The position numbers and the translations under genes were made by a program. A stretch of DNA of 64,000 nt from Botryllus schlosseri (Eukaryota). Below are positions 49,667 to 63,700 of the stretch, in pieces. Within the stretch, counting starts at the first letter, position 1, and every line of letters begins with the position of its first letter. The DNA lies in the NCBI GenBank assembly GCA_051294905.1, contig CM119373.1, positions 3,534,001 to 3,598,000 of the forward strand. The letters are read 5' to 3'. Below the pieces are notes generated by a model. It had not been told where the DNA came from. It did no database searches and was given only the letters and a program-made list of their open reading frames with translations.

Positions 49667-49976
49667 AAGGGGCTCTGATCAAGATCCCAAACGAAATAGA
49701 AGAGATACCAATCTACTGCTAACTGCATTTACTCAAAGTAGACTCGAGTGTTACGTCAAAACTCTTGTAAACATATTTTACCCCAATTTTTCATGTCGGA
49801 TTGAAAGTGCTAAGCATGTTTCCTTTTCTATTAAACATATTTTCTCTGTACTAGAAATTATTCGTACTTCGTTTGTAAGTGAATGTTGTTGTGTTAAAGC
49901 TACGAGTTGTTCTTCGCATTGCCAACTGTATATTTCTTAAACCGCTCTGATTTAGCGTTTCCGGTTTTAAAGACCG

Positions 49977-49982
49977 AATAAA
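49977..49982 (+). promoter_or_regulatory. candidate polyadenylation signal, gene A
   Basis: AATAAA ~310 nt after stop. Confidence 0.45.
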
Positions 49983-52346
49983 GAATATAGACACTTGTGA
50001 ATTTATTTGAAATCTGTTTATTTGAAATCTGGTTCTCTGTAGGCGTCACCTTGTGTCAAGGCCAAAGTCTTAAAGCTGTTCAATTTTGGGTCACATCTGC
50101 TGCATCTTTGTATATCTACCTCAACGATACTTTAGTGAATTTTCCGTTCAGCTCAATTCGGCAGATGATATTTAAGTGATCAGCATTACAAACAGTATTG
50201 ATTACTTTAACGACGAGGATAGGAATCACAATGACAGGAAATTAATGATACAATCAGTTGCAATTACGTAAGAAAGGATTGAATTACGTAAGAACAAATA
50301 AGCTCTCGCAGCAATATAAGCACAGGGGACAAAAGAAACCCGGTTTTTACATACATATTCCAATGAAGTAAAAACATGGTTAAATTTGTTCTGACATGAA
50401 TGATACATGACAACAAACAGATTGTTTCAAAGGGAAATTAATTACTAACACACTACCGGGTGCCTAATCTATAAGCAGCTGTGGTAAAAGAGTTTCCAAT
50501 GGATTGCGAAACTACAGTCGGAAGGAAAAACTTGGAAGATACAAATGTATCATTAGGCATGAACTGGAAATATTGGAATTATGCTCTAATAATATATCTT
50601 GTGAGCAGCATAAAATAGTTATCAGTGTGGTAAAGAGTCGCAAAGTATCAATGTCATGATTCAGGACCTGTGCAGTGGATACACTATATTCACCCAAGCT
50701 GTGTAAATCTAAGAATAAGCACGAGAACCCCAAAACATATTGAAAATGATGTTGAAAGATGATCAACATGTAGCCTACTGCAGATTTGATGTCGGAAATT
50801 TCATTGCCAATTTAGAGACATCTAATGTTGTGCTCAATATCATAGAATTTGGAGTTCACTATGGTATATCACGATTTCTTGTCAAATGCCACATGAAAAT
50901 CAAAACCAAGTCGATATGCAAACAAGCTTTCTGCACAGTATGTTGTATACAAGGTTTTAAATGGCTTGTGGTGTGTTGTAGATGAGGTAAAGTGAAAGTA
51001 TACTGAAGCATATCAAGGATCAAATCCAAAATAGCTATACAAAGCAGTGATCAATGTCAAACCGGGGTTACCGTTTCCAATACAGGAAGTTACTAATCAG
51101 GTCGAGCTTTCTTACAACTGTGCAAAGGATTAGTTGCATTCCGTCACCTCATGACCGAAAAATACATATCACTAAATTGCCAAGCATTGTCCAAGTTTCA
51201 TAGATATTTTCCAGAATAATCCAACAGCAACATCCATTAGTTTCTGTAAGTAGTTCATGATAGTTTTGTGAGTGCGTTATATGGGTTACGTGTGGCAGCT
51301 GGCATAAGGTATGATATTGCTGATATTGCTGCACGTCCCCATTACATCACTGCGTCACATTATCGCAATAATTAGCGTCACTAAGCTAGGAAGCGCGGAT
51401 CATTGACGTACATTAGCTGAGGTAACTTAACGTACCGCGAAAGATGCGTCTGACTGGCGTAATGTGGGCTTTGCCGACATGCTAGTCACAGTGGCTGCAA
51501 AATAAGTGTCTGACAATTGTGCTTAGGTTCAAAAGTCACGGAGTTGCAAAATTATTTACCACAAGCTAATCAAATGTGACGGTGAAGCAATTGATGTAAA
51601 AACGAGCTACGATTATGTAACACGTCAATCACATTACAACGAGTAATCACAAAAAGGCCCGCATTTCACATGACAATATGGAATTGCGACAAACATTTTA
51701 AGATATATTCACACAAACTACAGTGCCATTACTATAAATGTTGTATATACCAGATAGGACGCATTTCAATATGTATTAGCTTTTGTATACAGGCCTACCG
51801 GTAAGAATGCATATCGGTATATAACAGCTTTGCTTGAACAATGTGAAAGTTGATATTTAGCAGAAACGTCCCAGGAAGTATTTCACTCATCATAATAGTC
51901 AGTTAAGTGACGGCCGTGCATTAGCCTCAAGCTTCCTGTACGAAATATTCGCCAGACTGGCATCAGAAGAATGAACGACTCATCATAGGTTGACGCACGT
52001 GCATAATTGATTTCCGTAGTGCTGAGACTCTAAAGGAGAGGGTATGGCGTCCAAAGTGAGTCTTTATTCATGCGACTTCAGGATATATGCAGACTATATT
52101 GTGTGTGAGAAATTTGGTTAAGAGACCGCAAGTATTGAGTCGATGTTAAAGAAAAGAATCATCATTCGATAATGCAAACGTACATGCTTTAATTTTATGA
52201 TTGGAATTGCATTCTGAGTGATTTAGGTTGAAATGGATATACTTGAAAGGGTGTAGTTTACAAAAAAAAACTTGATATCCTATCTTCCTTCTTACAGATC
52301 AATAATTATCCATAAAACTACACGGAATACCGCCAAAACAAAATCA

Positions 52347-55300
52347 ATGGGAATTACAAAGAAGCTTTTACTGTGGCTGTTAACATTGTGCGTGACAGGT
52401 AACTACATTTTAAAAATGATCAAAAACATAGACTGGTAGCAAAGTTAGGTGATATTAACCTTCATTTATCATTTAGATTACTACGAACATGGACAAGCAT
52501 CTGTGATATCACCAAAACTGACTTTAACATCAAACGGAGATGACAACTCGTGTCAAGATCGGACTTTCCTGGTTCTTCACGATGGCAAAGTCAAAATATC
52601 ATACGAGGGTGCAGCCACCGTTTCTACATGTTCGTGGAAGATACCACACATATCACAATCTAAATTCTCTGTGATTGCATACAAAGTCAACAAAGCGGAG
52701 TTGAAAAAGGAAACAGAATGTCTCGGACACCTAAAATTTCCAGGTAGGCTCTATTCATGGATTAGGATTAGAATGGATTAGCTTGTAGAAATAGACTTTG
52801 TCATTGCAAAATACTCGTTAGCTTACAGATAAAAATAGAAATGTGTATTGGTGATTATGTATTGATTACTAGATAACTTAATATTCTTTGTAAAGGAAGT
52901 AATTGAAGTCCATGAGTATAAAATAAAGCAAGTGGATATCAATTTGTAGCCATATTTTACTGATATTACGTATCGCAATAGCTAATACGAACATTTAAAG
53001 TACCAACTATAAGAAAGATTAATTCCGACCGTTAATGGTAATCCTTTTCAAAATAATTTACAAGTGTTGCACAGTTGCAAAACCCCCTGGGATTAGTTGT
53101 CTAATCTTCTTGATAAAGGAAGTAATTGAAATCCAAAAATCATGTGGATATTAATTTGCAGCCATTGATATTACGTACGACAATAGCTAATACCAACATT
53201 TATAATAACAAATATAACAAGGGATAATCCCTACCGGTAACGATAATCCTTTTCATAACTATTTACAAGTGTTGAACAGAACAGTTGCATAAAGCCCTTG
53301 AATTAGTTGTGATCTACATATCGTACTATCATACAGGGACATAGGAAAGATAAAACTTGTGTATCTGCTGGTATGGGTTAAAAGCTTCTGCCAATATACT
53401 GCACTAATATTATGGTAAAATCACATCGATAATTGGATTAAAGAAAACACCCATGTATTCTCTGCCATAATCTGACAAACTTTCCAGGAAAAGGATACAG
53501 ATGTGCATTGTCCAAAGGAGATTGCTTTATATACACTACGAAAGAAAACTCTTGCAACACCATTGACATATTAAGAGCGATTAAGTCCGAACTTCAATGC
53601 ACGGAAGCGGTAATGATCCGGGTGCCTTTGGAGGAAATGTCAACGTTATCCTTTCAGTCAACGAAGGAAGACTCCTTCAAAATAAGTTTCGATATCACGG
53701 CGAGTTTTCACAAGTCTGCTTGCGACGAGACAGACCCATTATCAACGCCTGGTGAGTTTTAAGAATACGATACAAATCCCAAATTTCAGAGCATGGCACA
53801 AGAAATTCCATTTGAATAGCACTGTCCAATCAATGGATTATGGACCTACTCTATTTATTATACTAGTACAATTGAATAATATATTCATCTTGAAAAAAAC
53901 CTAAATATTTTCGAAATGAACATAAGCGATCTCTTCGTCTCAAAATTTCATGCCAGCGACATCATATTTGGTGATACAATTAATGATATCACACCGTTCT
54001 TCAAACTTCTCTAGTACCGTGGTTGGTGACGATTACCCCTGACGAGTGCCAGCCAAATATCTTTGGGCTTATTTCGATATGAATATTTAATCCAATTGAA
54101 TTTTGAAGTTTTCTACCTCCAAGAAGCCTTAATAATAGTACAGCAAAGATAATGTCTATTTTTTTATTAGATCTATCTTTTAAAGTACCATTTCGGAACA
54201 TTTTCTAGCACACATGACAGATAATGACGAAACCAAACCAGACCACCAGTCAAGCAATTCCACCATTGCGGATTTCGACTATATGAAAAGTGACGGCGAA
54301 AATACATTAGGATCGTCTGAGCTATTGAAATACGCGTTGATGATCGGTCTTCCTGTGGTGCTTATCGTCATAGGAGTTATCGCTATTATTTTGAGGTGAG
54401 TGTTCCGGAAACATTTTTCTAAATTTATGGAAATTATAGGGGACTGCATCCATTCTAGTCCGTATTGTTGGAAATAATCTAATTGATAATCAATAATAAT
54501 CTGCACAGCCAGGCACAAAGATCCGTTGTCTCAGTTACCCCAGAATGGCACACAGATTGAATATATTTGAGTTACAATCCCGAGTATCGAGTCATAATAG
54601 GTTTATTTACTGAAATAGTACTTGCAAATATGTAATTAGCACTATCGCAACAACACACTTGGTAAAAATACTATACTGTTCAGACATATTCATTACAAAA
54701 ACTTGTCTATTATGATAATAGCCATTTTCTAGTAGTTATTTGTATGTTTTAGTAGATAATTGAGCAAAGCAGCTTTATTTTCATTGCTTCGGCGATGGAG
54801 ATTTGAAGGGAAACTAAGTTTATTACCGAGCCAGATCTACCACCGAATCTAATTTGAATGTATACACTCACTTCTACAGCAGATGTGATTAAAAATGCTG
54901 ATCCTTCGAAAGGTCAAATAGATCTTTACTGCACATTTTGTTTCGATGAAATATTTAAAAATACTTCTATTTTAGATCAAAAAAGAAGAAACAACCACCA
55001 TCACATCACCAATCGCAAGATGCGATGCTAGACACCGTTTCAAGAGACATCGAGCTAAACGAATACGAGCACACCGAAATAATTGTGGAATACCAACCCA
55101 ACCCCAGACATTCGTTCATATCCTTTCCCGACAGCGAGAACCAGAGTGCCGTCGTAGTAAACTCATACAAACTAACACCCGGCACAGCGGAAAGCAACGG
55201 ATACCTGGTGCCAATGAAAGACGAGCCGCGATACACTGCACCGACTGAGGAAAAACAAATACAACCAGTTTCAGATTACAACAGCGAGCCATTTCAGGAA

Positions 55301-55450
55301 GAAGACAACCAAGGGTACTTCGTGCCACCGGAAAATGGTGAAAGAGACACAGCTTCTATATACAACGACGATGCATTTGTCGATGATGAGAATCCATATG
55401 AAGTCGTAAGAGAGGTTTACTACAGAAGTGAATCTTATTCCGAAGATTAA
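52347..55450 (+). CDS. receptor gene B: type-I membrane protein, 8-Cys CUB-like ectodomain, 12-Tyr cytoplasmic tail (414 aa)
   Basis: Exons 52347-52398 (signal MGITKKLLLWLLTLCVT), 52477-52743, 53488-53751, 54209-54395 (TM YALMIGLPVVLIVIGVIAIIL), 54976-55450; same phases 1-1-1-2 and same 52-nt first coding exon as gene A. Confidence 0.88.
52885..53312. repeat. diverged ~220-bp tandem duplication in gene B intron
   Basis: taaaggaagtaattgaa..gatattacgta..tttacaagtgttg..attagttgt occurs twice (~52885 and ~53107). Confidence 0.75.
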
Positions 55451-56096
55451 ATCGGCAGAACGTTTAATCCGAGGGATTAAAATGAAGGCTGTGATCAAAC
55501 AAGGATCTTGAAAGCAAGACAAATGTGACAAGCGTCCACAGTGACATCATGAAATGGGTCACAGATTCCACACGTTTGCAACTAGAGTCGGGTGCAATGA
55601 TTCTAGTACTGGAATAGGAATCGAGCATTAATTGCAATCTTATTTATGTACTGGGACAAGTACACAAATTATAGACACACCTTGAAACATCGATTGGCCG
55701 TAGTACCAAAATATGAAACACCAGGCTATGGATGGTCTTGACAAGATTTTCTTTATGCCGTTAATATCTGTCTATCAATATTTCGATGTGCTAGCATAAG
55801 AGGTACACATTTCTTACTGTGTGATGTCCCAATGATTAGTACTTGAACAAGCGATTTGGTATCAAATCAGTCTGATACCCGACTTCACCCCAGCCCTACT
55901 TGCACTTGTAAAACCGTAAAAGCATAAATATGAATCAAGCCAGGGTGTTTGACACTAATTGCGCATCTGTGTAGTGATTCTTGTAACTAAAACTATGGCA
56001 AACTGTTCCTATAACTTCTGTGTTATTAAAGTTCAATTTGAGGTGTCATGATTAGTTTATAATTATCGTCTGTGAAACTTTTGATATACCGGTACA

Positions 56097-56102
56097 AATA
56101 AA
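56097..56102 (+). promoter_or_regulatory. candidate polyadenylation signal, gene B
   Basis: AATAAA ~650 nt after stop; a second one near 56150. Confidence 0.4.
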
Positions 56103-57777
56103 TTTGATCTTTTTATACACGTGTGCATGTATCAATAGAAATTTATGCAATAAATAATTAAATGGACAGGGTCAGGTGTACAATTTTCAATCCACTAGAA
56201 GGGCCAATAATTTCTCAACGCAAGTTAATATATTTTGAAAACCGCAAGTATTGAAAAGTCCAGCAATAGAAGAACACATGAAGGATTTATCAGTTTAGAA
56301 AGATATTATATTTACAGTCCCTTTACACTGATTTATTTTCCCAACAACACTTCCATGTATGGATTAAGCATACTGTTAAAACACAATTCCTTATATTGCT
56401 AATATTGACAGCATGGTAGGCCTACTTACCAAGCGAATTAAAACATGTAATATGGAGCTTTTGCTTAGGTTGAACAAGTCAAATGAAAGTGACGAATCGG
56501 AGTATATGACAAAGACTTGACAGCCTTACTTCAACATGATTTATGAACATTCGAGCACTGAAACTAATCAATAAAACCTCTTCCTGCTTAATGCACCACG
56601 ACTATTGAGCATGCAATATAAGTCAATGTTTTGAAAACTTTTTTCTGAAAACTGACACTAGTGTGTTCACAGTCGGGTGAGGAATAGCATTACACAAAAT
56701 GCAGCTTTGAATTGATCATAGGACAGCCTTCCCACAAGTAAATCTAATGTATGGAATAAGTCCTTTCAGGAAGGAAGCTGCGTGTCTACCAGATGTTTAA
56801 GGAGCAAAAAAATGTAATGTCAGGTTATCAAGTTAAATACCGAAAGCGTATCAGGCCAGCACTTGCCAAAGTATCAAGGCTATTTACTTATAAGTGTGCC
56901 ATCCAAATTTATAATGCTAAGACAATGATAAACACATACACAATTTTGAATCCATTCTAGGATCCAGAGTAATCAAAACATTAACTCCAGCTGATAGAAT
57001 TAGCAGGCCTAAATTGAGTAGTGGAGCATCGTGCATTGAAGATTTAATTTGAGTATAACAGAATATCGTCAAATAATTAAGCTGAAAGTGACTGAGATAT
57101 ACTCTTGTTATACAGACAGAGAATGCAACTTTATCTATAGTATATCTGCATGCAGAAGATTGTCTAAGTGTCCCAAGTGATTACTTAGTTTCTGTAATTA
57201 TAAATATGCTGTAATGAAAGCCTTTCTTGTAACATTTCTTGGTAATTCTCACTGGTCATGTATTTATATATCAATTAAAATACCAGAACTTATGTCGTAG
57301 GTTTGTTAGCTGCAAGAGAAACCATTTGAAAGGAACTTCTATATTGAATCTAATGCCAATTACCATAATTTATAATTGACCATGTACTTTATTTGTTAAT
57401 AGGTCCTTGAAATAGATGGGTTGGAACCTCCCAAGTTGAGTTGTGGAATTTATTTCAAGTAGGTGCAACAACTTTTCCTCAGATAAGGTATTCGAGTATT
57501 TGATACTTTGGTGGTGCTATTACAGACTCTTAACGCACACCGGAAATTTAGACGATAATTTTCGTGCCGAAGCATTCTCATAGAATTTCTGAAAATATGG
57601 ATACATCTGGAAGAGTCTTAATCATCAAGATATTATTTATTCTCGTGATAACATCTCTCTTCCTTGGAGCAAGAGCAGCAAAGAATTGTAGGTATTCAAA
57701 GAAGCTACCGGTGATATTATAGGAATAGGTTACAATGAAAGCTGTATACAGATATCAATGATATTGAACGAATTGAA

Positions 57778-60700
57778 ATGCCGCAACGGAGTGAATTTTG
57801 TTTGTTCTTGCTAACCGGTATATTGATCAGGAGACACATTTTGAATTATGGGGATACGTAGAATGTTACGTACTACAATATCGTAGAAAAACGTGGCCAT
57901 GATCATGAATGCTTCTGAAATGATGTTGCTTTGCAATTTGCATTGTCAAAAGATTTATTGAAGATTTATTGAAGAATTACAAAGAGATCTTAACATGGCT
58001 TAAGAGACATTTGGAACGTTTACAGTTAAACGTAGCATAATACTTCCAACGCAAAAAGGAACACAACAGTTCTAGCCAAGTTTTTATTAACTTACCGGCA
58101 CACTTTGCCATGCAGAGGGTCAAATTTCCAAAAAATACCAATTGAATAAAACATGTTGATTCCCATCACAATAATGCCTGTGCTCTAGTAGAACTGTAAA
58201 ATTGCTAAGACACAAAATTGCTTAAGTAAAACCTTACAATGCCATGGCCGAGTGATATGTAGTTGATGTTATACTGTCTAACTGATTAGGTAGAATGTCA
58301 TTTTACTACCCAAGAGTGTCACCAGAACCTGCACACTGATATTTCTGTGTGAAATTAATAAGTTAATGAAATATGGGTATGGCAAGTGTGTAGAAGTGAT
58401 AATTTCAGTCAATGGTTCGAAATAATTACTAACCTGGGAAACACTTGTACTAATCTACAAGCCTTCAGGAACTCCAAATTGCAAATAAGCTTAGGAATAT
58501 TGGAGATTGAATGGATAATTTAAAAGGAGCAGGTTCGGTTTCAATACCAACCTCCCTGCCATTGCACATGACAAACAGACACAACAGCCACAATTCGAAT
58601 GCTGCCAAGACCTAATTGCCTGCATCCTATGATTGCCAGGACAGGCGCGTCATCAGGAATCTTATGTATCAGTTGAGTGCATGTCTTGATCTCCAGGAAA
58701 CACCTGAGAGAGACTGGCTCAGGGCCGGGGGGTTCCCAGAAGCAATGGATAAGACGCACTGATTAAGTTCTCTGGGGAGCAAATGTACCTGATTCATGCC
58801 GAAATTATTATTAGTACACATATTGCTTTCGTAGTGTCGATACTCTTCAAGACAAGTTGCGACGAATTTCAAGAGCATTTAAACAATCCCCTCTCGGCAA
58901 GTTTGACAGTGGCTAACAAGAGTGACGAACGATGTACGTGGAACATGCGAAAACTGCTGCATCTACAAAAGCACGCCATAGTGTACAAGACGAACAGTAT
59001 GGATTGCGTTGGGGGACAAGTCACATTTGAAACCGATTATCGTAAGTGCTCGTTATCTGAAATATTGATGTCAGCCATTAGTAGCTAAAAAAATATTGGC
59101 AATTTTCGTGACGTCACAACATGGTAGTAGAGAGTCAGAGAATTGTAACCTGCGACTGTTAGACTGTAAATATTGATAAAATTCTTTTAGCTTAAAAGTA
59201 GAAGTAATGTGGAAGTAGAAGTAATGTCGTAAATTTATATTCAAGTACATATAAAGATTTCAATGGATAGTTTTGCATAAAAATTGAAAAGTTTTACAAA
59301 GAAGTAGTACAAAATCAAAACAATTCGAGCAATAAGTTCAAGTAGGGTAAACCTATTTGAGTACTCTGAAAAGGGAGTACTTCGTTGCTGACCGTCACTG
59401 ATTACAGCTGTTTAGATGCAGTCTTTCTAGTTTATTTCATTTGCAAGCACAGCAATGGCTGTAAAGCAGAGATGAGCATGGATTAGGATTAGGTTTTGAA
59501 AAAACAGGATTTGTGAAATTTTGTCGGATTTGGATTGGATGAGGATTACAGATTTTTTTGTGAACAGATTTGGATTTGGATTGGATTTACCGATTTTCTG
59601 GGAGACTGATATGTCGTGTGGAAAATGGCGACAAACTTTATTCAAATCACTTATTAATGTACTTATGGTACACTGCACTATGGTACACTCGGTGCCAATG
59701 AGCATGAGAGGTACAGCCATATGCCAAGTCATCGTAAATCAATTGCTGGCTGTGAGAGAAAATCTCCCAATTCCTCCCTTGCATAAATTAGCATTTTTTT
59801 CTGAATTTCAAGTTGGAATCGGATTAGGATTGAACATGGACTTGAATATACAAAAGTTCTGGATTAGGATTTGGATCAGGAGTTAAGGCTTGGGATATGG
59901 ATTGGATTAGGACATAGAAATTCCAAATCCGCTCATCGCTACTGTAAAGCATATCAAATAAATGCTCTGAAGTTCTGTGAATGGGAGTTGAGCGAGATGC
60001 CATATCTTTTGAACATCATGTTAATAAATCGAGGTTACCGTGTTTGTTTTAGGACATTGCCTCACAACGCAGGCGATATCGCCCCAACGTGGGCGATGGG
60101 GAGCAAAAATGTTAGAATGTCTAGTGAAATATCTTTAATCAACCCAACCAAAAACCGCAGAAGAAGACTGCTTATTCTGTATATGACGCGAGAATTGGCT
60201 CAAAAATAGGTCAACCCAACGGAAAGTAGGTGCGGAAACCGGTTTACCGAGCACCGACTCGGAAAATGAGCCTTTTTTTAGTCGATTCACCAGCGATCGG
60301 AGTGAGGTGAATAAAGTTTCTGTTTATTTGTCCACTTTTTCGGATCTGTAAATATGAGGGCTTGCGTCGAGTTTGATAAGGGGGCGATGAAGAGTCGAAA
60401 AAGGTTGGGAATACTGATCTAGGAATTAAATGTTGAAGGTATAAGTACCAAAAGGATAAAATGTATAAATGAAGTTAGGAATCACCGATGTGAGCAGAAA
60501 ATATTTTCTGAACAATACCCCTCTTTTACAGGGAACAAGTCGGTGACAGAAAATTTCTGTAATCAATCCAAGTGCCTCGTATTTATGAGAAAGGAAAGCG
60601 AGAAAATTTGCAACTCTTCCGTGCTGAATGAAACGGTGCCGCAGATATTCGGCGACTGTCACCAATACGTGAGCCACGTCAAACCGTCGACCATGAAAAT

Positions 60701-63700
60701 TGTGGCAGGAAAAAGTACGAGAAGCTTCCGACTTGAATATCAACTTTTCAACTGTAGGGATGAAGATATTGAGTCACATCATACAGGTAGGGTTGTAATG
60801 AATTGAGTTGTAATTTTTTGTTGACTCGGGTTATATTCTTAAAAATGGAGTATGACTTGACTTGATTAATTTCGTGTATTGACTCGACTTGTACTCCAGT
60901 CATTAGGCATGTCTCTGCTAAATCATATGAAACGAGATATTCTATATGATTTGATTCAAGTCTCGGGTAGCAGGATCGACATTTGAAAAAAAGGCCCAGA
61001 AACTGTCCTTTAACGGTGTGAAAAAAAGTTAAGAGTGGAAAAAATGAATATATAAATTGAGGCCTTCAATATCACCCAAAAGTTTCAAAAAAGCAAGTTA
61101 AGCCATCTTCTTGAACTTGAACCGAACGTTGAACAGTATGGCCTGGACTCAGACTCGAATCTCAACACTATGACTTGCACTCGAACCTTTGCACTGGCTC
61201 TTGACTTGAGTCAAAACTATAAAAGTGAGACCGACTTGAGACTCAGAACCTTGCGACTTCTTTACAATCCTGTCTATGAGATAATCGCTAATTCATCAAG
61301 ACTTAGAAGAGATACCGACACTAAATAGAGACAGTCTAACATACATTATGGCAGCGGTTCTCAACCGGGGGTCCGCAATTTCAGGGGGTCCGCGAGATCT
61401 CTAAATTTTTAAAATGGCTGATCACGCATAATGTTCGTTTTATTTTTTTAATTTGAGAAAGCAGTAGGCAGTTTCGCACCACAACTGCTAAAACCTCATG
61501 ACTCATATCATCATCATAATCGTCTGACATGAACTATCGTAGTGCGGAAATTCATTTTTATTGCCAATTTTCCAATAACCTGCTGATACATACGTATTGC
61601 TGTTTAGAGACGTTCTGTTGGGGTTTGTGAAAAAAAATAAAAATATGGAGATAGTAACGTCCATCAGGGTGACTTCTTAGTGTCTGCGAAACCTTCTCGA
61701 TTTGAAGTTGTCAGTCTCATCAAATTAGTGAACAGTGGTTTGAAATAAAAATTTCCGAAGTATTTCCCTAACTGGTCCCAATGTAGGGATTGAAACCTCG
61801 CCACGAAATCCATTTTATCCTGTGATATACCTAACCACTATTTGAACAGCTTCTTGGAGGTACAGGACTACAATATAGAATTGTACAGTATAGTCATATT
61901 GAAATGAATCCGATTATTTTCAGCTGACACTCGTCATTAATCGGACAATGATATACTTGTTCTTAAAGCTCGGCTATCAGATTTGGCGCATTCTTCTTGC
62001 GGATGCCCTATCTTCAAGGCAAATTTTTCGATGCGCAAGGAGTGTTTCGTTGCTATCAAAGCATTACGCCCCAACCCTGAAATTCATATCACCAGTTATA
62101 TTGGTACGAAGCCTTGTCTTGGTAATGTTCAATTGTTCATGGTCGAAAATGTTTGCTCGTAAATATATAAGTACACCCGAACAGAACAAGTCGTTTCATG
62201 ACAGTCCTTCTCAGGTTGGAAAACTTGGATCCATTCTTTGGCGCATAAAATTTGTAGATTAGATTAGATTAGGATTTCACTTTGACGGTAGAAACTCTCT
62301 GCAAATCGATCAAAATGCCATCGCGGACCGAATCCGGCCTGTGGTCCGAATGTTGCCCGTCCCTGCGCTAGATGCTGGACGTGATATGTTCATAAAATAT
62401 ATGTTTCTTCATTTTGTTGCCATAAATGTTGCGATCCCACCAAAAGTATCGTCGGAAGCGTCATGCGTTAATATTGCATCAGCCTCCATCTACCTTTGCG
62501 GAAATGGTTTTTGGCACTCCTCGTTTCATATCAAAACAAAGACGCGGATTTTCAAGACACGACCACGTACTTCAAGAAACACAGCAGCAAAATTAGATTT
62601 GAAATAACAAAAGTCTACCAATTTCTACATAAATAGTATGATGTTATTTTCAAGAAAAATCAATATTTTGCTGTTTATCACAAGCCTATAAAGTTCATAA
62701 TTGCACAAAACAAATGAAGGTCGCACCATAATAGAGCTAAAATTGAACTAAATCTTGAGGGGGTCCGCGAGGGTCCGTGACGGTCAAAAGGGGTCCGCGA
62801 AGCCAAAAAGGTTGAGAACCACTGCATTATGGCAATCGTGTTTGCATTTTATTTGATCAGCACTCAAAATGACTTGGAAGTCAGGTATTTCCACCATGAG
62901 TGCAAAGATGATAAAACAGCCACTGTAATAAGTGTAGATTTTATGCTTTTCAAGGAGAATCTACTGTCAACATATCGACAACATCGGCACCTTTACCCAT
63001 GACGAAACCTACTGCCAACAGCATCAGCGATAACATCAGTGAGAATGACCTTTAAAGTGAAGGATAATTGTTTTCATAAGCATGAAATAGTCTTTTCTTT
63101 CAGTTCAACTTGAATATGTTTCATTCATTTCCTTCAAAAAATATACGTGCCTATATTTTTACTTCTAGACTCCATCACCTACCATTGAACCTTCTAATGT
63201 CATGAACGAAATATTGGTTTTAATTTTTATGAATTCTCATTCCAGCGAGGGAGTCTACCACTGCAGGCGGACATGCAATGAATACGACACGAAATCAAGC
63301 AGACGAGAGTTCTACTGAAGGTTAATTACAAGCTTACTTCCAGTACTCAGAAAACTATTAGTAATCTTAACGAGCGGGTGGTGTTGAACTGGTCCTTGAG
63401 AAACAAATTCCACGGAAATAGTCATAGCTAATATCTTTATTCAATATTTGAATAGTATACTTATATTGAAATGAACCCGGATATTTTCGGCTGACAGTCG
63501 ACAGGGATAATCGTGAGCAACTAGTAGAGAATTTGAAAGAACATTGTACATGAACAATCGTATCACAAAATATGACGTCACCAGCATGAAATTTGGAATG
63601 AGAGAGCGTTCAATGCACTATTTCCAAGTGGTACACGAACTCCTTCTGTGGACAGAGTTTTGGCCAGTGTATTCAATATTTGCGAGTTTTGATAAACAAA

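Noticed and set aside
50500-50985. Cys-containing short ORFs between genes A and B as another paralogue
   Set aside because: No CxW or 8-Cys pattern and no phase-consistent splice sites found
58541-58780. GC-richer stretch tested as a missing ASCC3 exon
   Set aside because: No frame on either strand resembles ASCC3 helicase or N-terminal motifs; left unexplained
63169-63318. Alternative phase-0 frame TPSPTIEPSNVMNEILVLIFMNS.. as gene C TM exon
   Set aside because: Phase does not fit the upstream phase-1 donors and the hydrophobic run is too short for a TM helix
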